Assembly (NCBI GenBank): GCA_019358915.1
Contig: JAHHIM010000002.1
Coordinates: 126,308-190,307 of the forward strand
Source of the DNA: Trichormus sp. ATA11-4-KO1
GTDB taxonomy: Bacteria; Cyanobacteriota; Cyanobacteriia; Cyanobacteriales; Nostocaceae
Length of the DNA: 64,000 nt
Direction: 5' to 3'
Each line of letters starts with the position of its first letter. Position 1 is the first letter of the stretch. A program made the translations under genes and the position numbers. Positions 1 through 10,218 of this stretch are shown here, piece by piece. Below the pieces are notes generated by a model, which was given only the letters and a program-made list of their open reading frames with translations, did not search any database and had not been told where the DNA came from.

Positions 1-365
1 TAAGGATATAAGTTGTCTGACATGCCATCGCTACAAGCATCGACTTTTCTGATAATTAACATACTGTTGTCTTTGTCTTTGTCTTGCAGTCGATACACTC
101 TTACTGTATCTGGGAGACGGCCGTCAGCTGCTAATGGTGTGACATAGGAAAATGTTTGCTTTTCGTCGCTTGATAATGAAGAATAGATAATCCCGCTTTG
201 GCGGATATTAACACTCCAAAATGGTTCAGTACCAAAAGCCCTGAATTCTTGATTATCGGTAGGATGATTTTTGGAAATTAGTTGGTTATTGTCATTATTG
301 ATGCTGTTAGCTGGTAAGCAACTACTTAGTCCCAATAAAAGAGTGCAAAAAATTATAGTTTTCAT
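1..365 (-). CDS. COG3650-family lipoprotein (partial, runs off left edge)
   Basis: Translated by hand from ATG at 365: MKTIIFCTLLLGLSSC (lipobox)...FRAFGTEPFWSV...CSDGMSDNLYP. GTEPFW and CSDGMSD are hallmark motifs. Absent from the ORF track because it is truncated. Confidence 0.75.
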   Translation of the reverse strand, partial: MKTIIFCTLLLGLSSCLPANSINNDNNQLISKNHPTDNQEFRAFGTEPFWSVNIRQSGIIYSSLSSDEKQTFSYVTPLAADGRLPDTVRVYRLQDKDKDNSMLIIRKVDACSDGMSDNLYP

Positions 366-529
366 GGCTTAAGAATATATAGCAATAGCAATTAGATTTA
401 ATTCCTGAATCACTGGCACAGACAAGAAATAGGGAATTTAAGGTGTACTAAGCGGGAGTTTGGCAAACCAGTGGCTTTAGCTCGGAGAGTGTCAAAATAA
501 TATGTGTAAAGTTTCATCAAAAGTCACTT

Positions 530-814
530 ATGCCGAAAGCTATTTGGAATGGCACTGTGTTGGCCGAAAGCGATAATACTATTGTTGTGGAAGGCAACCA
601 TTATTTCCCGGTTGATGCTATTAATCAGCAATACTTCCAAGAAAGTAACACTCACACAACTTGTCCTTGGAAAGGTGTTGCTAGCTATTACAGTATCGAA
701 GTTGATGGGCAAGTTAACAAAGATGCTGCATGGTATTATCCCAGCGCTAAGGAAAAGGCTAAAAATATTGAAGGCTATATCGCTTTCTGGAAAGGTGTAA
801 AAGTTGAGGCTTAA
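530..814 (+). CDS. DUF427 domain protein
   Basis: VLAES, VEGNHYFP, TTCPWKGVASYY, AAWYYP motifs. Confidence 0.9.
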   Translation: MPKAIWNGTVLAESDNTIVVEGNHYFPVDAINQQYFQESNTHTTCPWKGVASYYSIEVDGQVNKDAAWYYPSAKEKAKNIEGYIAFWKGVKVEA

Positions 815-934
815 CTGTAAGCCAAATTGTGTATAAATCTCATCTCCTAACTCCTTTTTTTCACGAGAGGATTTTGGCGGTGAAGATTTGACACGTCATT
901 ATCTTTACTTAGGTAATTGTAGCAAAATATATGG

Positions 935-950
935 TGTATTTTTACATACA
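935..950. promoter_or_regulatory. Candidate NtcA box TGTA-N8-TACA at the centre of a 17-bp-arm inverted repeat (923-962)
   Basis: TGTATTTTTACATACA, ~170 bp upstream of an amino acid permease. Confidence 0.55.
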
Positions 951-1120
951 CTATATATTTTGTATGCTTGTATCAAGCAATAATTTAGCTAACCTATTAT
1001 GGGTGAGTGTTTGCACCAACAAGAACTACTGCGATCGCCCATACCAAAGTTTCCTCGGTGGTCATGATATTCTCAGTAATAAACGCTACATCTTCATCAT
1101 CTAAATAGGGAGAGACAAAG

Positions 1121-2407
1121 ATGTCCGTTACCAATTCACCACCCCAACTGAAAAGAGAGTTAGGGGTTTTTGGTGCAACCTTGATGGGACTAGGTTCAAT
1201 TATCGGCACGGGTGTATTTGTTAGTATCGGCATTGCTACGGGCATTGCTGGGCCGGCGGTAATTTTGGCAATGGCAATTGGCGCGATCGTCGCTACCTGT
1301 AATGGACTCAATAGCGCCCAACTAGCAGCTAATCATGCTGTTAGTGGTGGTACTTACGAATATGGCTATAAGTATCTCACTCCAGCATTGGGCTTTACGG
1401 CTGGCTGGATGTTTTTAGTAGCTAAGACTGCTTCTGCTGCCACTGCTGCCTTGGGTTTTGCTGGGTACTTGCTGAATATTGTGGGTTGGAGTGCTGATTG
1501 GGTTGTTCCTATAGCAATCTTAACCGTAGTAATTATGACGTTGATTGTTTTAAGTGGCATTCGCCGCTCTAATGTTGCTAACACCGTGATTGTGTCGGTA
1601 ACGCTGTTATCTTTAGGGTTTTTTATTGTTATTTGTCTGCCGCGTGTTGCTGAAGTAGGTGTTGACAATTTGACACCTTTTTTTACCACTTCCCCAGGGG
1701 CTGTACTTCATGCTAGCGCCTTGATGTTTGTCGCTTATACAGGTTATGGTCGCATTGCCACTATGGGCGAAGAAGCACGTTTCCCCAGGAAGACAATTCC
1801 CAAGGCAATGATTGTCTGTCTTTTACTAACAATGCTGCTTTACATGACAGTAGCAACAGTTGGGATTGGGGCTGTGGGGGTAGATGTTTTGGGTATAGCC
1901 TCAGGACAGACAAAAGCAGCTCCTTTAGAATTGGCAGCTCGTAGCGTTGCGGGTGCGGGTGCTGGCTTGGTTTTAGCTATTGGGGCAATGACAGCGATGT
2001 TGGGTGTGCTGTTGAACTTAGTTTTGGGCTTATCCCGCGTATTACTGGCAATGGGACGGCGTACAGATGCCCCGAGATTTTTAGCGCGTCTGAATCGGCA
2101 AGAGACTGCGCCACACTGGGCTGTAATTATCGTGGGGGGTGCGATCGCTCTACTAGTACTATTGGGTAATGTCAAAACTACTTGGTCATTTAGTGCTTTT
2201 AGCGTTTTGATTTATTACGCAGTTACCAATTTAGCTGCTTTACGTCTCACTCCATCTGAACGACTTTATCCTATATGGATAGGTTGGGTGGGTCTTGTAT
2301 CTTGTGTATTCTTAGCTTTCTGGGTAGACTCTGCTATCTGGCAAGTCGGTTTAGGGCTGATTGTTGCTGGGTTAATCTGGCACAAGATACGGCGGGCGAT
2401 CGCTTAA
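1121..2407 (+). CDS. APC-family amino acid permease
   Basis: LKRELG...GSIIGTGVF, SGGTYEY, FVAYTGY...EEA...P.KTIPKA; about 12 hydrophobic segments. Confidence 0.9.
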   Translation: MSVTNSPPQLKRELGVFGATLMGLGSIIGTGVFVSIGIATGIAGPAVILAMAIGAIVATCNGLNSAQLAANHAVSGGTYEYGYKYLTPALGFTAGWMFLVAKTASAATAALGFAGYLLNIVGWSADWVVPIAILTVVIMTLIVLSGIRRSNVANTVIVSVTLLSLGFFIVICLPRVAEVGVDNLTPFFTTSPGAVLHASALMFVAYTGYGRIATMGEEARFPRKTIPKAMIVCLLLTMLLYMTVATVGIGAVGVDVLGIASGQTKAAPLELAARSVAGAGAGLVLAIGAMTAMLGVLLNLVLGLSRVLLAMGRRTDAPRFLARLNRQETAPHWAVIIVGGAIALLVLLGNVKTTWSFSAFSVLIYYAVTNLAALRLTPSERLYPIWIGWVGLVSCVFLAFWVDSAIWQVGLGLIVAGLIWHKIRRAIA

Positions 2408-2486
2408 TTATTAAATTAAGAGACGATCGCCCTGCAAAACTTCTACAAAATGCGATCGCACTTCGATGTATTTCACTTTTAGTTAA

Positions 2487-3314
2487 TTAAACTGCTGTGC
2501 GATCAGTCAAAATCTCAAAACCAGTTTCTGTGACCAAAACTGTATGCTCAAACTGCGCTGATAGAGAATTATCTACAGTTACAGCTGTCCATCGGTCAGA
2601 TAATATCCGTGTGTGTTTAGAACCTGCATTCAAAATTGGTTCAATTGCTAAAGTCATCCCCGCACGGAGTTTCACATTCGGCATCTCCCTCGTCCGGAAG
2701 TTGAAAACTGAAGGTTCTTCATGCAGGTTACGACCAACACCATGTCCGGTGAATTCTTCCACTACACTGAAACCATTGGCTTTTACATGGTCTTCAATGG
2801 CCCCAGCCAGGTCAAGCAAGTATGCACCTGCTTTTACTTGTTCAATACCTTTATAAAGAGATTCTTCGGCGACACGAATCAGTTTAGTGGCATCTGGGGT
2901 CACTTCACCCACGGCAATTGTAATGCAGGAATCACCATGAAAACCTTGGTAATAAGCACCTGTATCTACTTTTAATACATCCCCAGTCCGTATCACTTTC
3001 TTAGCACTTGGGATACCATGCACCACTTCATGATTAATACTGGAACAAATAGAACCAGTAAAACCGTGATATCCCTTAAAACTTGGTGTCGCATCCATTT
3101 CGCGGATACGTTTTTCTGCATAAGCATCCAAGTCAGCCGTGGTCATTCCTGGCTTTACCATCTCAGAAATTTCTTTGAGTACAGTAGCCACAATTTTTGC
3201 CGATTGCCGCATAATTTCAATTTCACGCGGCGATTTAATTTCAATACCTCGGCGTTGTTTTTTTGCAGGTGTAGGCTTAGTTGTTTGAGACAATAAGTTA
3301 CTGAAAATGTTCAT
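2487..3314 (-). CDS. map: Type I methionine aminopeptidase
   Basis: [17 protein letters not shown]...[27 protein letters not shown]. Confidence 0.97.
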   Translation of the reverse strand: MNIFSNLLSQTTKPTPAKKQRRGIEIKSPREIEIMRQSAKIVATVLKEISEMVKPGMTTADLDAYAEKRIREMDATPSFKGYHGFTGSICSSINHEVVHGIPSAKKVIRTGDVLKVDTGAYYQGFHGDSCITIAVGEVTPDATKLIRVAEESLYKGIEQVKAGAYLLDLAGAIEDHVKANGFSVVEEFTGHGVGRNLHEEPSVFNFRTREMPNVKLRAGMTLAIEPILNAGSKHTRILSDRWTAVTVDNSLSAQFEHTVLVTETGFEILTDRTAV

Positions 3315-3485
3315 GGGGAAGTTAATGATTACGTGCGCCTTACCGCGACAATTGCAGTGTTTTTTCTTAGTTTAATATCTATAATTTAAGTTAACTTATT
3401 TTTGCTCGACGCTCTTGTACTGAGTTTCAGTGTATTCAAAGGGACTGTATATTGGGCATTGATGATTTCCCCATCTCCCTACTCC

Positions 3486-3932
3486 TTACTTTGCGATCGC
3501 AATTTCTCCATTCATACCCGCTTCTGTATGTCCTGGTATTGAACAGTGTAAGTTATAGTTTCCTGGCTTCATGGGCACAAACACCCATTCCGCTTCAGCA
3601 CCTGGCTTGAGTTCTAGTTCGTGAATTGCACCTTTAACTTCTACTTTGCCGGCTTCCACTTTTTGTGTCCAGATGCCATCAGCAAAATCTTTGGCAGTAA
3701 AATAGTGTTTCAATTGGCTGGGATTAGTCAGTCGCAGTAGATAGCGTTTACCTGGTACAAACTCCAAATGATCAGGCTCAAATTTGAGTTCATTAGCAGA
3801 ATTACCTAAGCTAACTGTAACTTCTGTAGCTGGTTGCTTAAGCAAATCGTTAGATAAATTAGCTGCGATCGCCGAATTAGCATTGATTAAACCCAGACAC
3901 AGCAACAAACACACTACGAATATCCGCCGCAT
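3486..3932 (-). CDS. Secreted cupredoxin (plastocyanin/azurin-like copper-binding protein)
   Basis: Signal peptide, LKFEP, KHYF and C-terminal type-1 Cu motif CSIPGHTEAGM; start uncertain (frame open to 4007). Confidence 0.85.
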   Translation of the reverse strand: MRRIFVVCLLLCLGLINANSAIAANLSNDLLKQPATEVTVSLGNSANELKFEPDHLEFVPGKRYLLRLTNPSQLKHYFTAKDFADGIWTQKVEAGKVEVKGAIHELELKPGAEAEWVFVPMKPGNYNLHCSIPGHTEAGMNGEIAIAK

Positions 3933-4107
3933 TGCTTGCAGCCCAGCAGGTAAAATATAGTATAAATTTTTATAAACTTCTCTTAATAACCAAGTCATTG
4001 TGATCAATAGTCTGAACAGAGGTCATAATGGCGAAGGTCAAAAATCGCCTCATACCAATTTTCTAACAGATGTAACCTCAGAAAACCAGAAAAATCTGAT
4101 ATTCGTA

Positions 4108-4209
4108 AATTACGAATTACGTATCGCTAAAGCGAAAGCTCCGCTAACGCGCAGCGTTTCCGATAGCGCAGCGTGGCGTAGCCATAGGAAATATTACGAA
4201 TTACGAATT
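4108..4209. repeat. AATTACG heptamer tract with inserted small hairpin repeats
   Basis: AATTACG copies flank GC-rich inserts such as TAGCGCAGCGTGGCGTAGCCA. Confidence 0.7.
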
Positions 4210-4210
4210 A

Positions 4211-4636
4211 TTAAAGTTTAGCCAAAGACCGAATAAATTCTAAAGGTAAGCCGTCAGCATCAGCAACAAAAGCGACTTCCCAAATGCGATCGCCTATTTG
4301 CTGCTGTGTCGGTTCTAAAAGTATCTTTAGTGGTGGTAATTCTGCCACCAACGCCATTCGTTCTTGTAAACTTGTCAACCAACTAGGTAAATCTGAAGTA
4401 ATTTCAGTTAAATCAAAAGACAGATGATAATAGCCCACATAATGTTCATCAGCAAAGGCATCTGGGGCTGGTTTTGGTTCGGGAATTTGGATTAATTCAA
4501 TTCTGCCGCCCAATCCTGTCATCCAGCAAGCCAGGGTATAGCCTGTAGTGAAGCGTTCACAAACTGTAAACCCCAACTGTTCATAAAAGGCGATCGCTTG
4601 ATGAATATTCGCAGTTCTTATAGAAGCGTGGTGCAT
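4211..4636 (-). CDS. VOC/glyoxalase family protein
   Basis: HHASIRT...AIAFYEQLGF, GYYHLSF, FVADADGLPLEF. Confidence 0.9.
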   Translation of the reverse strand: MHHASIRTANIHQAIAFYEQLGFTVCERFTTGYTLACWMTGLGGRIELIQIPEPKPAPDAFADEHYVGYYHLSFDLTEITSDLPSWLTSLQERMALVAELPPLKILLEPTQQQIGDRIWEVAFVADADGLPLEFIRSLAKL

Positions 4637-4750
4637 AACTTAGTCATTAGTCATTAGTCATTGGTTATTAGTCATTTGGCGGGTTCCCCGACTTGTTGCA
4701 AGTGGCGTGAAAACTCGCAAGACCGCACTGACTCACCAATGACTGCTGAC

Positions 4751-5266
4751 TTACTCGAACAAGCGGAAATAGGGGTAGCGCACAGGCACTCCAGGTTCTT
4801 TTTCCAAATCGAAATTAATCACTTCCCAGCAAGGATCTTCTTCTGAGGAATCAGGGCTAAACTCCACAGGTAAACCATATAAACGCGCATATGTTGCTTC
4901 CGGTTGCCCAGAACGCCAAGGTGTGCTGCGTTCTAAATAGCCACTCATTAATTCCTGATAACGTCTAGCAATAATTACTCGTGTTGCCCGATAACCTTGG
5001 GTATACAGCTTATCAAGAGCTTCGTGAATTTCAAACCGAATCCCATCAGGATGGGTATGCTGTCTATACCATTCATTATTCCATCTGCGCCAATGTCGTC
5101 CCGACTGTAGATGGATTAATTCTCCAGTTTTAGGATTAGCCTCAAACGCGCCATGACGGGGACACAAATAGGTATCTGTTAGTGTCAGTGCCGGAATAGT
5201 TTGACGACAGTGGGGACACTGAATGTCGGGGCCAAACATTGGGTACTGCAAGCCTGGATTCATCAT
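4751..5266 (-). CDS. Conserved cyanobacterial protein (TIGR02652 family)
   Basis: YPMFGPDIQCPHCRQTIPALTLTDTYLCPRHG; recognised family, usually divergent from the gamma-CA gene. Confidence 0.8.
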   Translation of the reverse strand: MMNPGLQYPMFGPDIQCPHCRQTIPALTLTDTYLCPRHGAFEANPKTGELIHLQSGRHWRRWNNEWYRQHTHPDGIRFEIHEALDKLYTQGYRATRVIIARRYQELMSGYLERSTPWRSGQPEATYARLYGLPVEFSPDSSEEDPCWEVINFDLEKEPGVPVRYPYFRLFE

Positions 5267-5502
5267 GAAGTGCGTACAAACATAATTTCGTCTTCACCAG
5301 CACCAGTGGGTTGAGTTTTACACTTCGGCTCCTCCACTTTGGGGGCTTGTGATCTACTGCAAGGAAACGGAGTGGCAGTAAAAACAATATTCACTAACAT
5401 CTTTCTCTGTGTAGAGAATTGATACCGTGATATTCTGGTTTTGCAACCAGCCTCAAAGTTTAGTTTCTCCAGTGTTCCTGGGTACCATATTCCTATTCTA
5501 TC

Positions 5503-6042
5503 GTGTCTACCGCTTCTTACTGGCCATCTCCCGATTTTTCTCAAGCAGCCTTCGTTGCAGCCAATGCCGTTGTGATAGGTTCGGTTAACATCAGTGCTGG
5601 AGCGAGTATTTGGTATGGAGCAGTTATCAGGGGAGATGTAGAAAGGATTGACATCGGCAAATGTACCAACATTCAGGATGGGGCAATTCTCCATGGTGAC
5701 CCAGGTTTACCAACAATATTAGAAGATCATGTTACTGTAGGCCACCGCGCCGTGGTACATTCTGCTTACATTGAACGTGGCAGCTTAATTGGCATTGGCG
5801 CTGTGATTTTAGACGGAGTACGCGTGGGTACTGGCAGCATTATTGGTGCTGGTGCAGTAGTCACGAAGGATATTCCCCCCTTGTCCCTTGTAGTTGGTGT
5901 TCCTGGCAAAGTGTTGCGCCAAATTACAGACAGCGAAGCCGCAGAACTGATCGAACACGCGCAACGTTACCAAAAGTTAGCTTTGGTTCATGCCGGGAAG
6001 GGTAGTGACATCGGCTTTCACTCCCAGGGAGTAGGGAGATGA
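5503..6042 (+). CDS. Gamma carbonic anhydrase family protein
   Basis: Hexapeptide repeats; IRGD, TNIQDGAILH, VGHRAVVH. Confidence 0.9.
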   Translation: MSTASYWPSPDFSQAAFVAANAVVIGSVNISAGASIWYGAVIRGDVERIDIGKCTNIQDGAILHGDPGLPTILEDHVTVGHRAVVHSAYIERGSLIGIGAVILDGVRVGTGSIIGAGAVVTKDIPPLSLVVGVPGKVLRQITDSEAAELIEHAQRYQKLALVHAGKGSDIGFHSQGVGR

Positions 6043-6183
6043 GCGAGTAGGGGCAGCAACCAATGACTAATACTTTAAATATTCTTTACAGAGAGGTCTG
6101 GCAAAAATGCCCAATTCAGCTAAAAATAAAAATGAGAACAGTTGACAAAACTTTAATTGCTACTTAACAGAGGGGTTCTAGAT

Positions 6184-6309
6184 ATGGATATCGATTACCG
6201 TATAGCGATCGTTTTTGCACCAGTAGCTATTGCTGCTGGTTGGGCTGCTTTTAACATTGGTGCTGCGGCTTTAAGACAAATTCAAGGCTTTTTGAATAAA
6301 GAAGCCTAA
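6184..6309 (+). CDS. psbY: Photosystem II protein Y (41 aa; below ORF-track cutoff)
   Basis: Hand translation [50 protein letters not shown] upstream. Confidence 0.93.
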   Translation: MDIDYRIAIVFAPVAIAAGWAAFNIGAAALRQIQGFLNKEA

Positions 6310-6333
6310 ATTTAGTTAACATCATCAATCTTC

Positions 6334-6369
6334 AACCGACTGTTTCCCTCATCAGAGGCAGTCGGTTTT
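6334..6369 (+). terminator. Probable intrinsic terminator after psbY
   Basis: AACCGACTGTTTC...GAGGCAGTCGGTT hairpin followed by T-rich tail. Confidence 0.6.
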
Positions 6370-6413
6370 ATTGATAATAGTGCATGGGCATTATCTCCCC
6401 ACTCCCCACTCCC

Positions 6414-6437
6414 TAGTTACTGAGCGCAGTCGAAGTA
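6414..6437 (+). repeat. 24-nt small dispersed repeat inserted in CCCCACT heptamer tract
   Basis: TAGTTACTGAGCGCAGTCGAAGTA; removing it restores a perfect CCCCACT array. Confidence 0.8.
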
Positions 6438-6445
6438 CACTCCCC

Positions 6446-7690
6446 TTGGATATCAACTCTTTACTACAACCCTTTCAACATTTCGGCGTTCATTTGGGAC
6501 TGTCGCGCATTGTCAAGCTGTTGGCAAATCTTGGCAACCCCCATCACCAAGTCCCGATAATTCATGTTACCGGTACTAATGGTAAAGGTTCGGTGTGTGC
6601 CTATCTTTCTTCAGTGCTAAACGAGGCTGGTTATCGTACAGGACGCTACACTTCCCCCCATTTAGTAGATTGGACGGAACGCATTTGCATTAATGGACAG
6701 CTAATAGCCTCTGAGGAATTGGGCAAATTATTACAACAAGTTCAAGCAGCAATTCAACCTGATGACGAGTATCCAACTCAGTTTGAAGTAATTACCGCAG
6801 CTGCTTGGTTGTATTTTTCTCAGCAACAAGTTGATATCGCAGTAATAGAAGTGGGACTGGGAGGGCGTTTAGATGCGACTAATGCTTGTGACCAGCCATT
6901 AGTAACAGTAATTACATCTATCAGCCGTGAACACTGGCAACAACTAGGCCCTACTGTTGCCGATATAGCCAGAGAAAAAGCAGGTATTCTCAAACCTGGA
7001 TGTCCGGCTGTAGTTGGACCACTGCCACCGGATGCGGAAAAAGTGGTGTTATTACGCGCTCAAGAATTACAATGTCCATATATTGCGCCCCAGCCTGCCC
7101 GCCAAATCGCTCCAGGGTGGGCTGAATATGAATCAATTCAAAATTTAATTAAATACCCATTACCATTACAGGGACAAATTCAATTAACTAATTCTGCTTT
7201 AGCATTAGCTGCTTTAGAAATTCTCCAAAAGCAAGGTTGGGTGATTTCTGAAGAGGCCATTATCAATGGTATGAGAAAAACTCAATGGCCGGGACGAATG
7301 CAATGGGTTACTTGGAAAAACCAAAAATTATTAATTGATGGTGCACATAACCCAGCAGCAGCTAAAGTATTGCGCGATTATGTAGATAGTTTAGATACCC
7401 CAAGAGTAACTTGGGTCATGGGAATGCTGTCTACTAAAGAACATACCGATATTTTTAAAGCTTTACTGCGACCAAATGACAAATTATATTTAGTACCAAT
7501 ACCAGATCATAGTTCAGCTAATCCAGTGGAATTGGCAAAATTGGCTAGTGAAGTTTGTCCAGAATTAAGTATTTGTCAAACTTATTTAGATTTAATATCA
7601 GCCCTATCAGCAGCTTTTAATGCCACAGATAATCTAATAATTTTGTGTGGTTCTTTATATTTAATTGGGCATTTTTTCGGAACAAAATAA
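6446..7690 (+). CDS. folC: Folylpolyglutamate synthase / dihydrofolate synthase
   Basis: IHVTGTNGKGS, YTSPHL, EVGLGGRLDATN, WPGR, DGAHNP, CGSLYL; TTG start at 6446 preferred over 6371. Confidence 0.95.
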   Translation: MDINSLLQPFQHFGVHLGLSRIVKLLANLGNPHHQVPIIHVTGTNGKGSVCAYLSSVLNEAGYRTGRYTSPHLVDWTERICINGQLIASEELGKLLQQVQAAIQPDDEYPTQFEVITAAAWLYFSQQQVDIAVIEVGLGGRLDATNACDQPLVTVITSISREHWQQLGPTVADIAREKAGILKPGCPAVVGPLPPDAEKVVLLRAQELQCPYIAPQPARQIAPGWAEYESIQNLIKYPLPLQGQIQLTNSALALAALEILQKQGWVISEEAIINGMRKTQWPGRMQWVTWKNQKLLIDGAHNPAAAKVLRDYVDSLDTPRVTWVMGMLSTKEHTDIFKALLRPNDKLYLVPIPDHSSANPVELAKLASEVCPELSICQTYLDLISALSAAFNATDNLIILCGSLYLIGHFFGTK

Positions 7691-7705
7691 CCTTCTTGAG
7701 GACTC

Positions 7706-7738
7706 AGATCCCCGACTGCTTAAAGCAGTCGGGGATCT
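7706..7738. terminator. Perfect 15-bp inverted repeat between convergent genes
   Basis: AGATCCCCGACTGCT-TAA-AGCAGTCGGGGATCT. Confidence 0.65.
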
Positions 7739-7804
7739 TGTTAATCACGATTTTAGCTGCGTATCAGTTGACTATGAGGTATGAAGGCAGCTGAAAGTCT
7801 GCAC

Positions 7805-8314
7805 TCATAGCACCTGCTTTAAGAAGGATACTAAATCATTAGTATCTAATGATTTGAGGGAGTTCAAAACTTCCGTTGCTGGTTCAGAAAGGCTATAGTC
7901 GTGGGGGATATCAATTATTGTAGTTCCCAATCTTTCGGCTAATAAAACCCAAAAAGCCACTTTCGCTTCAAAGTGCATTGCGCCATACTCACCAGTGGGA
8001 ATTGTAGTTCCGCCTTGAGCTAGTTCTACTGTAGCCTTGGTAGGATGTGGATCAAGCATGATTTCATCTTGGTCATTTTTTGTGGCTGGTAGCAAATCGC
8101 GCAAGGCATAAAGTTGTTCTTCTGGGGAGACTTGTTGAATTTGTGCTACTAAATCTGCTGCTTTTTGTGTTGGTAAGGCATCTATCATATCAGCAGGAAG
8201 TTGATTAGCAATTTCGGTATAAAGTCGCCCCATTACTGCTAGTTTATCGTCTATATGCAACTGTTTAAATTTAGATGCGTTTTGCTGGACACGATTAATG
8301 TTGGTAGAAGTCAT
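7805..8314 (-). CDS. Orange carotenoid protein N-terminal domain homologue (helical carotenoid protein)
   Basis: FKQLHIDDKLA, IQQVSPEEQLYALRDL, EYGAM...KVAFWVLLAERLG...IP.DY resemble OCP-NTD/HCP motifs; GGAGG RBS before ATG 8314. Confidence 0.7.
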   Translation of the reverse strand: MTSTNINRVQQNASKFKQLHIDDKLAVMGRLYTEIANQLPADMIDALPTQKAADLVAQIQQVSPEEQLYALRDLLPATKNDQDEIMLDPHPTKATVELAQGGTTIPTGEYGAMHFEAKVAFWVLLAERLGTTIIDIPHDYSLSEPATEVLNSLKSLDTNDLVSFLKQVL

Positions 8315-8544
8315 AAAAACCTCCAATTTTTGGATATTTATTTAGTTAAAAAAGTTTGAAAGTGAATTTTTTGCCTTTTTTAAGGTTAGAAATTTTAGTT
8401 ACTAATATGACACTATAAAAAGATAGAGGATTATTGTAAAAATTAATATTTTAAGCCAGCCATAGGATGGATGAAATGTCAGTATTTTAGGGTTGGTAGA
8501 TTGATCTTACTCAGCACTCTTCATCAACATCCTGTTAAATCTTT

Positions 8545-8667
8545 GAGTCAACATAATTCGTAATTGATAATAGAGCCTACGGATGCCGCCAGGCTGTACG
8601 TAATTCGTAGTTACAATCAGTGGGGGCTTGTACCCTCTTTAATTACGAATTACGAATTACGAATTAG
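8545..8667. repeat. TAATTCG / AATTACG heptamer tracts in inverted arrangement
   Basis: taattcg copies at ~8554-8610 and aattacg x3 at 8641-8661. Confidence 0.65.
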
Positions 8668-8775
8668 TAATTATTTGGTCATCACCATAAGAAATATTGG
8701 AGATGGGGGGAGATGCAGGGGATAGAGAAAATATTTTCATTTTTGTCCCCTAGTCCCCACTCCCTACTCCCCATT

Positions 8776-10077
8776 TTATGCCCGACTATTCCATTCTTGG
8801 GCTGCATCTTCTAAGGCTTTATCTACTGTTTTTTGCCCTAACATTGCTGCTTGCAAATTTTCATAAACTGCCTTTTGCAGTCTTTTAGAATCCTTCAAAG
8901 TCGGTGTTAATATCTCTGCTTGTTGTAGTTGATTAGCACTAATAACTCGTGCCTTTTCTACTGTGGAAGCAGTATCAGGAACATCTTTAAAGTAACTATC
9001 AGCAAGTGCTTTTGTTGTAGATGGCAAAACATTAGCAGCTTTCGCAAAAGCTAGTTGGTTTTCGTCATTAGTAAGAAATAAAGCAAACTTCACCGCAGCA
9101 TCCGGGTGTTTGGTAGCACGAGGGACAACTACATTCATTACGGCAACATTTTTCTTACCTGTATCACCTGTCAGTTGGGGTGCGATCGCAGAAGCTTGGG
9201 CAATTTGGGGGGCATTATTCGCGATCGTTTTGAGAAACTCTGGCCCAGAAGCTAGAAACGCCGTTTGTCCAGACTGGTATAAATCGATCGCATGGCGATG
9301 TCCCTGGGTTAAAGCTTCTCTGGGAAGTAGCCCTTTTTTATACAAATCTACCCAGTACTGAAACGCTGCTTTACCTTGTGGGGAATTAAAAGCCGCTTTA
9401 CCCTCAGTATCTACTAGCGTTACTCCCATTTGTACAAAGGATTCCAGTACCTCACCGGAATCTTGCGGTGCAAAAGTCACAAAAAAGGCATATTTGCCAG
9501 TCTTATCTTTAATTTGTTGGGCTACCTGTGCCAATTCTCCGTAGGTGGCAGGTACTTTACTGATACCTGCCTGTTTTAATAAATCAGTGTTATAAATGGT
9601 TAGCCGTGTGGTGAGGTACCAAGGGATACCAAAACTCTTGCCATTGAGCGTGCTAGCTTTCCAGATATTCGGTAGATAGGAGGAACGTTCTTCATTTGAA
9701 ACTTTTGTATCCAGGTCTAACCAGGCATTTCGTCCTGCAAGTTGGGAAGCAAAAACTGGATTGAGGTTAACAACATCAGGTGGCGTATTTGCTGAGACAG
9801 CTGTTAAAATTTTGTTCTCCATAGCCGACCATGGTACATCAACCCAGTTAACCTTTATACCTAAATTTTGAGTTTCAAAGTTCGTAATGAGGTTTTGGAA
9901 GTAGTCGGTGAATTGAGGTTGGAGTTGCATTGTCCAAAACTCAACAGTTGCTTCTCCTGAAGCAGCCTGTTTTGTAACTGTACCAACATTTCCGGCGCTA
10001 CAACTTATTATCCAACTGGTAAATAAGCTAATTAGTGCCCAAGCCGCCAGTTGTTTGAATTTTCGCAATTGCATCAT
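8776..10077 (-). CDS. Sugar ABC transporter substrate-binding lipoprotein
   Basis: Lipobox IISC, EFWT, PPDVVNL, GIPWY...YNTDLLKQAG, AFQYWVDL; start among 10074/10077/10122. Confidence 0.88.
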   Translation of the reverse strand: MMQLRKFKQLAAWALISLFTSWIISCSAGNVGTVTKQAASGEATVEFWTMQLQPQFTDYFQNLITNFETQNLGIKVNWVDVPWSAMENKILTAVSANTPPDVVNLNPVFASQLAGRNAWLDLDTKVSNEERSSYLPNIWKASTLNGKSFGIPWYLTTRLTIYNTDLLKQAGISKVPATYGELAQVAQQIKDKTGKYAFFVTFAPQDSGEVLESFVQMGVTLVDTEGKAAFNSPQGKAAFQYWVDLYKKGLLPREALTQGHRHAIDLYQSGQTAFLASGPEFLKTIANNAPQIAQASAIAPQLTGDTGKKNVAVMNVVVPRATKHPDAAVKFALFLTNDENQLAFAKAANVLPSTTKALADSYFKDVPDTASTVEKARVISANQLQQAEILTPTLKDSKRLQKAVYENLQAAMLGQKTVDKALEDAAQEWNSRA

Positions 10078-10218
10078 CGTACCAGTATTTTTACGCTTGA
10101 TTGGGGTGAAAAGCTTATGCAAAATTGTCGAGATTATAGGTTAAATCAATTACCTAGTCCCAAGAACAATCTTTAGTATCATTTAAATTTTCAATTTAGC
10201 AGTCCAGCGGGCATAACT

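Noticed and set aside
997..1311. Antisense/shadow ORFs (e.g. 997-1311, 5263-5694, 21964-22527, 23048-23575, 50755-51303)
   Set aside because: They overlap well-supported genes on the opposite strand and show no recognisable motifs
6371..6445. N-terminal extension of FolC in the ORF track
   Set aside because: Translates heptamer repeats plus a 24-nt insert; the FolC-like sequence begins at TTG 6446
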